The notes under the pieces were generated by a model. That model searched no databases and was not told the DNA's origin. It was given only the letters and a program-made list of their open reading frames with translations. This document shows positions 24,200-33,310 of a DNA stretch of 36,473 bases, one piece after another. The first letter of the stretch is position 1. The number at the start of each line of letters is the position of its first letter. The translations under genes and the position numbers were made by a program. The DNA lies in contig DAOUBZ010000413.1 in NCBI GenBank assembly GCA_034432515.1, positions 1 through 36,473 on the forward strand, given 5' to 3'. Source of the stretch: Chloroflexaceae bacterium. GTDB lineage: Bacteria; Chloroflexota; Chloroflexia; Chloroflexales; Chloroflexaceae.

Positions 24200-26824
24200 C
24201 TACTGGCGCGCGCCGATGCGGCGGAGCGGCGCAATACTCGCCAGGAGCTTGATCAGGCCGCGGCGCGGGAACCTGACCGTCAGTTGCCAGTCGGCCTCGC
24301 GCCCGGCGCGTTCTTCCTCGATCGCAACGATCTTCCCCCGGCCGAAGTGCGGATGCTGCACCCGCTCGCCGACACGATAGGGCGTTGCAGATTGATCCTC
24401 GCCTGCCTGAGCGCCGTGACGGCCCGCCGACCGGACAGCCTGCGGCGCGCACAACGCGTCGAACCCGGGAAAAGGCGTGGCGGCGAGCGCCGGGCCGGCA
24501 GCGAGGCTGCGCCAGAACTGTACGTCGGCCTCATGGGCGCGCGGCGCACCGGGCTGAGCGGCCAGCGCCTCGGCGAGCGTGAGCAGCCGCCCGGCGATGC
24601 GGCCGCACTGCTCGGCGGGGACACGCCACCAGGTGGTGAAGAAGCGCTCCTGGCCGTACTGGCGCGGAAAGGACAGCAGGGTGAAGGCCTCCTGCGCCGT
24701 CCAGGCCAGTGGGTCGGTCGCCAGGCTCCGCTGCACCTGCTCACTCTGGGCAAGCGTCGTCGTGACATTGGCGGCGAGCAGGAATGGTGAGAGTTGCCCG
24801 TCGCCACCGACGGTCGTGTACAGATACAGGTGCTGCCTGGCACGGGTGATCGCCACATAGAGCAGCCGCCGCTCCTCCTCGACATCGCTGGCATTGCCCA
24901 CCGGGAAAATGCCGGCGTTGCAGTTAGGCACCAGCACCACCGGCCATTCGAGCCCTTTGGCCTTGTGGATGGTGCGGATGTCGATCGCGTGAGGGTCATC
25001 CGCGGCCAGGATCTTGCGCTCGGCCTCCAGTCCGTTGAGATGGGCCTGCAGCGCATCCAGGCTCCCCTTGCCGTGGGCATACTGGATGAAGGCCGCGACA
25101 TTGGCGGCATAGCCCGCTCCGGTCTCGGCAAAGCCACTGTTGCGGATCAGGAACTCCTGGTAGCCCAGGCGCTGGTCGAGCTCGCTGAGCAAAGCGTCGG
25201 CGGGCAGGCGAGCGCGGGCCTCGGCGAGCCAGACCAGCAGGGTGGCGAGGTCGTGCAGCGCGTCGGCGACCCGCCCCGTGGCCGTATCGCTCAGCCTGCG
25301 CAGGGTTGCGCTCAGGGGCTGGCCCTCGCGCAGCACTGCGTGCACCGTCTCCTGATAGAACTGGCGGCTCAGGTAGCGGCGTGGCCGGTTGTAGAGGCTG
25401 CGCCAGCAGGCCGCGAACTGCTCGCCCCGCACCCCGTCGAGCGGCTGGCCGGCACGGAGCGCCGCATCGTAGGCGGACAACTCCACGTACTTGAGCAGAT
25501 CGACGATCTCGCGCCGGCGGAAGAAGGGCTCCTCACCGGCGACGCGGTAGGGGATGCCGGCCTCGATCAGCGCCTGCTCGATCGGCGGGGTCTGGGCGGT
25601 GAGCCGTACCAGGACGGCGATCTGCGCACCCGGGAAGCCAGCGGCCTGAGCCGCGGCGATGTCCTCGACCAGCTGGCGGCCCAGGGCCGGCGCGTCGGCT
25701 ACCCGCCGCAGGCTGGTGCTGCCGCCAAAGCCCTGCGTGGCAACGAGCGCCTTGGGGTGGCGCGCCTGGTTCTGCGCGATCACCCGGTTCGCCAGCACCA
25801 CCTGGGAGGCCTGGCAGCGGAAGTTGTCGGTCATCTCATAGATGGTCGCATGGTAGCGCCGCCCAAAGTCACGGAAGAAGGCCATGCTGGCGCCACGGAA
25901 GCCGTAGATAGTCTGGTCGTCGTCGCCGATCGCCATGTAGTTGGCGTGGGGCCGCACGAGCATGTCGAGGAGCTCCGACTGAGCCAGGTTGACGTCCTGG
26001 AACTCGTCGACGATAACAGCATCGTAGCTGCGCTGCCAGGCGCCGAGCACTTCCGGGTGGCGAACGAGCGCCTCCCAGGCCAGCAGGAGCATATCATCGA
26101 AGGTAATCCAGCCGCGCTCGCGGCGCACCTCCTCGTGGAGCGCGTAGAGGTCAAGGTACCAGGGCAGGTTGGGCGGCGCCTCGGCCTGCCGGGCCACCTC
26201 CAGGGCCGCAGACGGCAGGTCAGCGGCCACGAGATCGGGGTAGCAGAGGTTGCCCTTGCAGGCGCCGATGAAGTTGCTCAGATCCTGCTCATCGAGCGCG
26301 TCGAGATCCCCCGGGGCGACGCGCCCACGCTGGCGGGCGAGCTCGCGGGCGGCCCAGAGCAACTGGCGCTCCTCGCCGTTGACCTTGAGTGCGTCGGCGG
26401 CGAGCCGCGGCAGGCGGCCACGGTCGGCGGCATAGCGCACGATCTTGTAGCCCAGGGCGTGCAGGGTGTGGCGGGCCACCTGCCGGCAGTGGGGCCAGGC
26501 GGCCAGGGCGCGCCCGAGGTCGTCGACCGCCGCCTTGTTGAAGGAGCTGAGCAAGATCCGCTGGGGCGCAAAGACGCGCTCACGCACCAGGCGCTCGACG
26601 CGGTGGACCATCGCGGTCGTCTTGCCGGCGCCGGCCACCGCATAGACCAGCGCCGGCCCGTGGTTATGGGCAACGATACGCTGCTGCTGGTCGGTGAGCG
26701 CCAGCTGCTGGCGCCGGTCAGGATGCAGGTGCTGTGCCATACGGGGATGCCAGGGTTGTTGCAGGAAGCGGGAACCAGGCTGACCAGATGCCACATGCCG
26801 CGCAGTGAGCCGCCGCACGTGCAT
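24200..26824 (-). CDS. UvrD/Rep/PcrA-family superfamily-1 DNA helicase
   Basis: Motifs AGAGKTT (I), VIVDEFQDVN (II), GDDDQTIYGFRGA (III), DNFRC (IV), TIHKAKGLEW (V) and LLYVAITRARQHLYL (VI). C-terminal Tudor-like tail YRVGERVQHPHFGRGKIV. Start uncertain: ATG at 26824, or ATG at 26740 (MAQHLHP). Neither has an SD. Confidence 0.85.
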   Translation of the reverse strand: MHVRRLTARHVASGQPGSRFLQQPWHPRMAQHLHPDRRQQLALTDQQQRIVAHNHGPALVYAVAGAGKTTAMVHRVERLVRERVFAPQRILLSSFNKAAVDDLGRALAAWPHCRQVARHTLHALGYKIVRYAADRGRLPRLAADALKVNGEERQLLWAARELARQRGRVAPGDLDALDEQDLSNFIGACKGNLCYPDLVAADLPSAALEVARQAEAPPNLPWYLDLYALHEEVRRERGWITFDDMLLLAWEALVRHPEVLGAWQRSYDAVIVDEFQDVNLAQSELLDMLVRPHANYMAIGDDDQTIYGFRGASMAFFRDFGRRYHATIYEMTDNFRCQASQVVLANRVIAQNQARHPKALVATQGFGGSTSLRRVADAPALGRQLVEDIAAAQAAGFPGAQIAVLVRLTAQTPPIEQALIEAGIPYRVAGEEPFFRRREIVDLLKYVELSAYDAALRAGQPLDGVRGEQFAACWRSLYNRPRRYLSRQFYQETVHAVLREGQPLSATLRRLSDTATGRVADALHDLATLLVWLAEARARLPADALLSELDQRLGYQEFLIRNSGFAETGAGYAANVAAFIQYAHGKGSLDALQAHLNGLEAERKILAADDPHAIDIRTIHKAKGLEWPVVLVPNCNAGIFPVGNASDVEEERRLLYVAITRARQHLYLYTTVGGDGQLSPFLLAANVTTTLAQSEQVQRSLATDPLAWTAQEAFTLLSFPRQYGQERFFTTWWRVPAEQCGRIAGRLLTLAEALAAQPGAPRAHEADVQFWRSLAAGPALAATPFPGFDALCAPQAVRSAGRHGAQAGEDQSATPYRVGERVQHPHFGRGKIVAIEEERAGREADWQLTVRFPRRGLIKLLASIAPLRRIGARQ

Positions 26825-26886
26825 CACGCGCTATGATACCACGGCGCCCGGTTGCAATTGGGTACGTGAGGGTTGCAGGATGCGTT

Positions 26887-27012
26887 GAGGCGATGACCCG
26901 AGGACGCGACGACGCGAGGAGGCGATGACCCGAGGACGCGACGACGCAACGCGGCCCGATGCCGTCGTCGCGTCCTCGCATCCTCGCCGCACCGCCTCCT
27001 CGCCTCATCACC
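26887..27012. repeat. Family-D repeat: 29-nt unit duplicated at 32-nt period, plus an inverted copy
   Basis: gaggcgatgacccgaggacgcgacgacgc at 26887-26915 and 26919-26947. cgaggacgcgacgacg (26931-26946) pairs with cgtcgtcgcgtcctcg (26963-26978). Shares aggatgcg.. and cgtcctcgc(a/t)tc.. motifs with 23966-24023. Confidence 0.8.
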
Positions 27013-27016
27013 GGCC

Positions 27017-27754
27017 TCAAAGCGGCCGGGCGGTGGGGATGGCTTCGAGCGAACTGAAGATCGGCACGGCCTGGCCGAGGCTGAGGCCGTCCAGGGTGAG
27101 TGGGCAGAGGTAGGCGTACGCCTCGACCCCGGCGGTGATCGCGGTGCGCAGGGCGCGGCCAAACTCGGGGTCAACGTCGTCGGGCACGAGGGCCCGCGCG
27201 CTGTGGCGCTGGATGACGAAGATCACCGCGGCGCGCTGGCCGCTGCGGGCCATCTGGGTGAGAGCCATGAGGTGGCGGCGGCCACGCTCGGTGGGCGCGT
27301 CGGGGAAGCGGGCCAGCCCGTCCTCGACTTTGCTGACCGACTTGACCTCGACGACGCAGGTGTTGATCCCCTCGCTCAGGCGGAAGTCGAACCGATGCTC
27401 GCCGATCTGCACCTCACGCTGCACGCGGGTGTAGCGGGCAAACTGCGGTAGCGCTCCGGCCGACAGCGCGGCGACGACCAGCCGGTTCGGCAGGTGGGTA
27501 TCGAGTGAAACCAGTTCGCCGTGGTGGTAGACCCCCACCACCTGAAAGCCCGTCTTGCGCCCGAGCTCTTCGCGGGGAGCGAGCAACAGCCGCACGCCGG
27601 GACTCAGCAGATCGAGCAGGCGCCCGCGGTCAGCCAGATGCGCGCGCACCATTCGCCGGCCCAGCCGCGCCTCAACCACCAGCTGATTGGGGCGTGCCAC
27701 AAAGTCTGCCTCTACCAGCGGGCCGCTGGAGGTGAGGGGAACTCGTACGAGCAT
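27017..27754 (-). CDS. sfsA: SfsA-family protein (sugar fermentation stimulation protein; OB fold plus PD-(D/E)xK-like domain)
   Basis: [33 protein letters not shown]...[15 protein letters not shown]...[15 protein letters not shown] matches the SfsA pattern. ATG at 27754 (MLVRVPL). The upstream part of the track ORF crosses repeat A4. Confidence 0.85.
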   Translation of the reverse strand: MLVRVPLTSSGPLVEADFVARPNQLVVEARLGRRMVRAHLADRGRLLDLLSPGVRLLLAPREELGRKTGFQVVGVYHHGELVSLDTHLPNRLVVAALSAGALPQFARYTRVQREVQIGEHRFDFRLSEGINTCVVEVKSVSKVEDGLARFPDAPTERGRRHLMALTQMARSGQRAAVIFVIQRHSARALVPDDVDPEFGRALRTAITAGVEAYAYLCPLTLDGLSLGQAVPIFSSLEAIPTARPL

Positions 27755-27829
27755 ACGCGATCCTGGCGCTGACGAGGAGGGTTGCGTGGTTCTTTTGTGT
27801 AGTATACCACGAGCAATCATTCGCCAGGA

Positions 27830-27946
27830 TCGGGCGGCGACGCCGCCCGACAAGGTGTTATCTCGTTGGTTCTGGCGGCGAAGCCGCCAGAACCAACGAG
27901 ATAACCTGGGGTTTGGGGCTTGCCACAAAGACGTTGCGCACGCCCC
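27830..27946 (+). repeat. Family-A element, best-preserved copy (A4)
   Basis: Hairpin 0: tcgggcggcg-a-cgccgcccga (27830-27850). Hairpin 1: perfect 23-bp stem gttatctcgttggttctggcggc-gaa-gccgccagaaccaacgagataac (27857-27905). Module: ctggggtttggggcttgccacaaagacgttgcgcacgcccc (27906-27946). Confidence 0.85.
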
Positions 27947-27947
27947 T

Positions 27948-27978
27948 TTGACGCATAGCGTGCGGGAGGCAGTATAAT
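27948..27978 (+). promoter_or_regulatory. Candidate sigma-70-type promoter for the MFS transporter gene
   Basis: TTGACG, 19 nt, TATAAT. It directly abuts the 3' edge of element A4 and lies 30 nt upstream of the ATG at 28009. GGAGA SD in between. Confidence 0.5.
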
Positions 27979-28008
27979 GGGGGCCGTCAGCAATTGTGGA
28001 GACAGGGT

Positions 28009-29415
28009 ATGACGACCACCAGTGCTTCCGGTACGCTTGATGCCCGCCTGCAGCGGCGCATCCTGACGGTTCTGTTCATTGGCGTCTTTATGTCCGCGCT
28101 GGATGCCGCAATTATTGCGCCGGCCGTCCCTGCGCTGCGCGCCGCCTTTGGCGTCGATAACAGCCAGATCGGCATGCTCACCATCGTCTTCAGCCTGTTC
28201 ACACTGAGCAGCACCACGCTGATGGCCAGCCTGGGCGACCGCTACGGGCGGCGGCGCGTCTACCTGCTCTGTGTGGCCGGCTTTGCCCTCGGCTCGCTGC
28301 TGATCGCGCTCGCCCCGAGTTTCTGGCTGGTGCTGGTCGGGCGGGCCATCCAGGGCTTCAGCGCCGGCGGCGTATCGCCCACCGCGAGCGCGGTGGTGGG
28401 TGACACCTTCCCGCCCCGGGAGCGGGGCAAAGCCCTCGGCCTGATCGGCGCGACGGTGGGCATGGCCTTCCTGCTCGGCCCGCTGGTGGCCTCCTTGATC
28501 CTCGTCGTACTCAGCTGGCACTGGATCTTCCTGATCAACCTGCCCGTGGCGGCACTGGTGATCTGGCTCGGCCTGCGCAACCTGCCGGTGACCCGCGTCG
28601 ATCGCACCCCGGCGCCGCTCGACTGGACCGGCATCCTGATCGTGGCCGTGATGCTGAGTTGCCTGACCCTGGGGATCAACCGGGTGCTGGACACGGCCCT
28701 TGGCCTGACCCTGTGGCCCTACCTGCTCGGCATTGCGGCGCTCTGTGTGCCACTGCTGATCGCGGTCGAGCGGCGCGCCGCGCGACCGGTGGTGCCGCTC
28801 GATCTGTTCAGCACGCGGCAGATCGCCCTGACCTATACGCTGTGCGTGGGCGCCGGCTTCGGCATGGGCAGCGTGATCTTCATTGCCTCGGTGGCGGTGG
28901 CTGCGCTGGGCGTAGCGGCCGAACAGGCCGGCCTGCTGCTCATCCCCATGGTGCTCGCCTCAACCGCCGGGTCAGTGGTCTTCGGGCGCCTGCTCAACCG
29001 GCTTGGCTCGCGCCTGGTGATGATCATTGGCTTCAGCACGCTCGCCATCGGCTCGGCCCTGCTGGCGCTCTCGGCACTTGGGCTGTGGATGTTCCTCATC
29101 GCCAGCATGCTGGTCGGCCTCGGGGTGGGCATCGTGGTGGGCGGCACACTGCGCACGATCGTGCTCAACGAGGTGGCGCCCGAGCAGCGCGGCGCGGCCC
29201 AGGGTCTGGTCAACGTCGGCATCGCGGTCGGCAACCTGCTGGTGGTGGCGGCACTCGGCATCCTGGCCGACACACGGGGCGGCGGTATGGCCGGGCTGAG
29301 AGTCGCCTACCTCGCCTCGGCTGCGGTGATGGTGGCAATGCTGCTGCTGAGCTTCGGCCTCAAGCCCCACGGCGAAGAGCAGCTGGCGATCGCCACCGAA
29401 CCGGCCTCGTCGTAG
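28009..29415 (+). CDS. MFS transporter (drug:H+ antiporter-like)
   Basis: MFS motif A-like [12 protein letters not shown]. About 12-14 predicted hydrophobic segments. ATG at 28009 after GGAGA (the track start at 27994 is TTG). Confidence 0.85.
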   Translation: MTTTSASGTLDARLQRRILTVLFIGVFMSALDAAIIAPAVPALRAAFGVDNSQIGMLTIVFSLFTLSSTTLMASLGDRYGRRRVYLLCVAGFALGSLLIALAPSFWLVLVGRAIQGFSAGGVSPTASAVVGDTFPPRERGKALGLIGATVGMAFLLGPLVASLILVVLSWHWIFLINLPVAALVIWLGLRNLPVTRVDRTPAPLDWTGILIVAVMLSCLTLGINRVLDTALGLTLWPYLLGIAALCVPLLIAVERRAARPVVPLDLFSTRQIALTYTLCVGAGFGMGSVIFIASVAVAALGVAAEQAGLLLIPMVLASTAGSVVFGRLLNRLGSRLVMIIGFSTLAIGSALLALSALGLWMFLIASMLVGLGVGIVVGGTLRTIVLNEVAPEQRGAAQGLVNVGIAVGNLLVVAALGILADTRGGGMAGLRVAYLASAAVMVAMLLLSFGLKPHGEEQLAIATEPASS

Positions 29416-29473
29416 CGGTGCCCGACGCAGAGCCACGCGGCCTGGGGCGCCGGAGGCGCATGACAAATGTTCG

Positions 29474-29530
29474 CCGCCGTACAGCACCATTCGATACGGC
29501 CTACGGCCTACTCAGGGTGCTGTACGGCGG
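29474..29530. repeat. Family-C-related palindrome (C2) between convergent MFS and PPK2 genes; possible bidirectional terminator
   Basis: 15-bp perfect stem ccgccgtacagcacc / ggtgctgtacggcgg with a 27-nt loop, attcgatacggcctacggcctactcag. The loop resembles C1 and B sequences. Confidence 0.7.
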
Positions 29531-29599
29531 GCCGCGAGCATACCCTACCGGCGCGCTAGGGGCCGAACCGTCAGGTCTGCCTGGACCGGCCTTCGCGAA

Positions 29600-31168
29600 C
29601 TACCGTAGCGTCACCTTGCCAAGCTCACTCTCGAGCCGCTGGACCAGGGTGCGCAGCACCTTGACCCGGGCAAACCGCTTGTCCTCGGCCTCAACGATCG
29701 TCCAGGGGGCGGCGGGAGTGGAGGTGCGCAAGAGCATCTCGTCGGCGGCCTCCTCGTAGAGCGGCCACTTCTCGCGGTTGCGCCAGTCCTCGGTGGTGAG
29801 CTTCCAGGCCTTGTAGGGCACGTTCTTGCGCGCCTCGAAGCGCCGCAGCTGCTCCTCCGGGCCGATATGCATCCAGAACTTGCAGATGATCGTGCCAAAA
29901 TCGATCAACTGGCGCTCAAACTCGTTAATCTCGGCATAGGCGCGCCGCCACTCATCGGGGCTGGCAAAGCCCTCCACCCGCTCGACCAGCACCCGGCCAT
30001 ACCAGGAGCGGTCGAAGATCGCGAACTGGCCGCGGGGCGGCAAGCGCCGCCAGAAGCGGTAGAGGTAGTGGCGGACCTTATCCTCGCCAGCGGGTGCGGC
30101 GATGGCGTGCACGATATAGCTGCGCGGATCGAGCTCGGCGGTGAGACGCTGGATGGTCCCGCCCTTGCCGGCGGCATCCCAGCCTTCGAAGACCAGCACG
30201 GCGGGCCGCTGCTGCTGATAGAGCTGCAGGCCGAGCAGGTGCAGGCGCGCCTGCAGCTGCTTGATCGTGCGGCCATAGCTCTTCTCATCGCTGCGCTGGT
30301 TGAGGTCCACCCGCTTGAGGATGCTCGGCGTCGCCGGCTGGGTCGTGGTGAGCGTCACCGTGACGGGCAGATTGCGCTGCCCTGCACCGTTGCGCCCGCG
30401 GAAGGCCGCGCCGGCGTCATCGAGGCCCTCGGCTCGCGCCGCCTCGTCGAGCGGCACGGTGCGCCGGCCCAGCCGCTCTTCGAGGGTGACCAGCACCGCC
30501 TTGAGCATGGCGACCCGGGCGTAGTGCTTGTCGGTGGCGGGTATGACGTGCCAGGGCGCCTGCGCGGTATTGGTGCGCGCCAGCATATCCTCGACCGCAT
30601 CAGCGTAGGCCGCGTAGTGACGGTGCTGCCAGCGGTCCTCCTCGGTGACCTGATACGCGGTGAGCGGGTTGGCAGTCAACCGCTTGAAGCGCTGGCGCTG
30701 CTCCTTTTTCGAGATATGGAACCAGAGCTTGATGATCTCGGCGCCATCGTCCTCCAGCTGCCGCTCCATGGTGACCACGTCCTCGCAGCGCTGGCGCCAG
30801 CGGGCCGAGTCGCCGCCGCGGACCCGCTCGGCGAGCATCTCGCGGTACCAGGAGCGGTCGAACACGGCAATCTCGCCATAGGCGGGGAGCTTGAGCCAGA
30901 AGCGGTAGAGCCAGGGGTACTGCTGCTCGTAGGTGCGCGGCGGGGTGATCGGGTAGACGCGCAGGCCGCGTGGGTCAAGCCGACTTGAGAGGACACTGAT
31001 CGTGCGCACCTTGGCCGTACCGGCCCAGCCCTCAAAGACGATCAGCACCGGCACGCGCGCCTCGAGCACTGCCTGCTCCATGTCGTAGAGCCGGGCCTGC
31101 AACTCGGGGAGCAGTTGACGGTACTCCCGTTTGCTCAACGCAAGGTCGAGATCGATCTGATCGAGCAT
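29600..31168 (-). CDS. ppk2: Two-domain polyphosphate kinase 2 (PPK2; polyphosphate:nucleotide phosphotransferase)
   Basis: Two PPK2 modules, each with FDRSWY. The C-terminal module has the canonical Walker A FEGWDAAGKGGTI. The N-terminal module has a degenerate one, FEGWAGTAKVRTI. ATG at 31168 (MLDQIDL), 11 nt after the upstream gene stop. Confidence 0.85.
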   Translation of the reverse strand: MLDQIDLDLALSKREYRQLLPELQARLYDMEQAVLEARVPVLIVFEGWAGTAKVRTISVLSSRLDPRGLRVYPITPPRTYEQQYPWLYRFWLKLPAYGEIAVFDRSWYREMLAERVRGGDSARWRQRCEDVVTMERQLEDDGAEIIKLWFHISKKEQRQRFKRLTANPLTAYQVTEEDRWQHRHYAAYADAVEDMLARTNTAQAPWHVIPATDKHYARVAMLKAVLVTLEERLGRRTVPLDEAARAEGLDDAGAAFRGRNGAGQRNLPVTVTLTTTQPATPSILKRVDLNQRSDEKSYGRTIKQLQARLHLLGLQLYQQQRPAVLVFEGWDAAGKGGTIQRLTAELDPRSYIVHAIAAPAGEDKVRHYLYRFWRRLPPRGQFAIFDRSWYGRVLVERVEGFASPDEWRRAYAEINEFERQLIDFGTIICKFWMHIGPEEQLRRFEARKNVPYKAWKLTTEDWRNREKWPLYEEAADEMLLRTSTPAAPWTIVEAEDKRFARVKVLRTLVQRLESELGKVTLR

Positions 31169-31179
31169 AGGCACCTGGT

Positions 31180-31677
31180 TTAACGGAACAGTGGTGACGC
31201 GGGAAAACGCCGGTGCAAGGGGCCATCCAGGCCGAGCCACTGGCCCGACGGGGTGACCAGCAGCAGCAGCGAGACGATGAAGAACGGCGGCATCGAGGCA
31301 TTATAGAAGGATCCGGCGCTGATATTGCTGACCAGAAAGAGCGCCAGGGCCGCATTTGGCCGCACGGCAAAGCCAAGGAGCATGCCGAGTGCCACGCTCA
31401 CCTGGCCCAGGGTCAGCACCCAGGCCACGGGGCGATACCAGGGGATGGCAAAGTACTTGAGGTAGGCTGCCGAGAACGACTCGGGGTCGATCTCGCTGAG
31501 CCGCTGCACGAAGTGCTCACGCATGACCGGGCTGGTCAGCCAGCCGCGGGTGATCTTGTGGTAGGCCCCGTAGAGGAAGAAGGCACCGAATCCATACCGC
31601 AGGGCAAGCACCGTCCCCCGTACGACACGCCGCAGTCGCGGGTCCATAGCACGCTCCATTGTCCAGGCAAGCGACAT
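31180..31677 (-). CDS. DoxX/DoxD-like small integral membrane protein (tentative)
   Basis: About 155-165 aa with 4 hydrophobic segments (LALRYGFGAFFLYGAYHKI.., VAWVLTLGQVSVALGMLLGF.., ALALFLVSNISAG.., FFIVSLLLLV). The family call is by resemblance only. The ATG at 31647 has a better SD (GGAG, 6 nt) than the one at 31677. Confidence 0.45.
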   Translation of the reverse strand: MSLAWTMERAMDPRLRRVVRGTVLALRYGFGAFFLYGAYHKITRGWLTSPVMREHFVQRLSEIDPESFSAAYLKYFAIPWYRPVAWVLTLGQVSVALGMLLGFAVRPNAALALFLVSNISAGSFYNASMPPFFIVSLLLLVTPSGQWLGLDGPLHRRFPASPLFR

Positions 31678-31784
31678 CCGCGCCTATGGTAGCGCGGCCC
31701 CGCGCCACCGCAAGATAAGGAACGATCACGCTACGATGAGGTTCGGCAAGGAGCGCCAGCACGACGGTCGGTGCGTCACGGGAC

Positions 31785-32504
31785 TCAGGGTTCACTGAAA
31801 TTCGCGGCGACGAGCCGGGAGAGCGCCTCCACCGCCGCGTGGGCATCGGCGCCTTCGGCTCGCACCTGCACGCGCTGGCCGGCAGACACACCCAGCTTCA
31901 GCACGTCGATCATGCTCTTGGCATTGCCATCGGGCCGCTCGGGCCGGTCCAGGTTTCGGATGCGAACATTGCTGCTGAAGCGGGTGGCCGTCTGCACAAA
32001 GTCTTTGGCGGGACGCATATGCAGGCCGATCGGGTTGGCGATTGTCAGCAGCACCTCGGCGACCCTCCCGGGCGGGGGCGCCACGGGCGGCGCGGGCGCG
32101 GCGACGGCCACCGCCGGATCGAGCAGCCCTTTGCTCTCGAGCGCGCGGGCGGCAGCCGCGGCCACCTCAGCCAGGGTTGCCCCGGGGCGGCTCGCCTCCA
32201 CCGCGGCGACCACCGCGCCCTCGACCAGTGGCGCCCCACTGAGCAGGAAGGGCATGCCGACCGCCTCCAGCGCCAGTTCGGCGCTCATTACCGCGCTGCC
32301 CATATCGACCAGCACCAGCACCCCATCCACGCCGCGCAGCTGTTCTAGCGCCGCGCAAATCAGGTCGAACGACGTGCCCAGGGCGCCGTCGTGCGTGCCG
32401 CCCGCGGCCTCGATCGGCACCTGGCCCTTCGCCATCTGCTCGGCCAGCGCCTTAACGCCGCGGGCAAGCTCGGCGCTGTGTGAGACGACCAGGATTCCGA
32501 TCAT
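31785..32504 (-). CDS. dhaM: DhaM-like PTS phosphotransfer protein (EIIA-Man-like domain fused to HPr domain)
   Basis: N-terminus MIGILVVSHSAELARGV (EIIA-Man/DhaM His motif). Ala/Pro linker. C-terminal HPr domain with GLHMRPA active-site motif. No dhaK or dhaL in the window. Confidence 0.8.
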   Translation of the reverse strand: MIGILVVSHSAELARGVKALAEQMAKGQVPIEAAGGTHDGALGTSFDLICAALEQLRGVDGVLVLVDMGSAVMSAELALEAVGMPFLLSGAPLVEGAVVAAVEASRPGATLAEVAAAAARALESKGLLDPAVAVAAPAPPVAPPPGRVAEVLLTIANPIGLHMRPAKDFVQTATRFSSNVRIRNLDRPERPDGNAKSMIDVLKLGVSAGQRVQVRAEGADAHAAVEALSRLVAANFSEP

Positions 32505-32534
32505 AGATCCTCTGTGCAGGTTGCGTCACATCCC

Positions 32535-33179
32535 TCACACCAGCCCGAGTTTCCCGGCGACGTAGACTGCCTCGGCCCGATGGTGGACGTTCAGCTTGCG
32601 CATGATGTTCCGCAGATGGAATTTTACCGTACTTTCGCTGATAGCGATCTGTTCGCCAATCTCACGGTTGGAGAGACCAGCGATCAGCAGTCGCATAACC
32701 TGATGTTCACGTTCGGTCAGCAAGGTCGCCTGAGTCTCGCCAGGATTGGAGAGGCTTTTCATCACCAGCGAGGCGGTACGTGTATCAAGGGCCGACTCGC
32801 CACGATGAACGGCACGCACGCTCTTGATCAGGTCGAAAGCGTCTACATCTTTGAGCACATAGCCCCGCGCGCCGCTGCGGATGGCCTGCAGGACCAGCTG
32901 GTCATCAAGGAAGGTGGTGAGCACAATAACGTTCGTCTGCGGATAGGTGGCGCAGATCGCCTGGCACAACTCAAGGCCACCGTCGACCCCCTGCGCGCCA
33001 AGGCTGAGGTCAAGGAGCACCACATCGGGATGCTCCTGGGCGATCAGGGCGAGTGCCGTCACCGCATCGCCGGCCTCGCCGGCCACCATAATGCCCGACT
33101 CCAACTCCAGGATCGAGCGCAGACCGTGGCGTACGATAGCGTGGTCATCCACGATCACCAGCCGAATGGGCTTGCTCAT
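32535..33179 (-). CDS. NarL/LuxR-family response regulator
   Basis: Receiver domain (IRLVIVDDH..., VVLLDLSL) plus LuxR HTH (LTEREHQVMRLLIAGLSNREIGEQIAISESTVKFHLRNIMRKL). ATG at 33179 (MSKPIRL) with GGGAGG upstream. Confidence 0.9.
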   Translation of the reverse strand: MSKPIRLVIVDDHAIVRHGLRSILELESGIMVAGEAGDAVTALALIAQEHPDVVLLDLSLGAQGVDGGLELCQAICATYPQTNVIVLTTFLDDQLVLQAIRSGARGYVLKDVDAFDLIKSVRAVHRGESALDTRTASLVMKSLSNPGETQATLLTEREHQVMRLLIAGLSNREIGEQIAISESTVKFHLRNIMRKLNVHHRAEAVYVAGKLGLV

Positions 33180-33310
33180 AGGTACCGTACCTCCCGGCCC
33201 GGGCCTGTTGCGCGTGCTGTGCGGGGCTTGCATTGGTGGCGCTGTGAACACAGGGGAAAGCGGGCTTGCCCACAGCTCCAAGTGGCGCCAGGGCGCCCGT
33301 TGGGGGCTAG

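Noticed and set aside
27857-27905. Family-A hairpins as integron attC sites or as IS/MITE terminal inverted repeats.
   Set aside because: The stems are perfect, without the extrahelical bases of attC, and the ends do not fit the RYYYAAC/GTTRRRY cores. No integrase or transposase is in the window. The arms vary between copies, unlike transposon TIRs.
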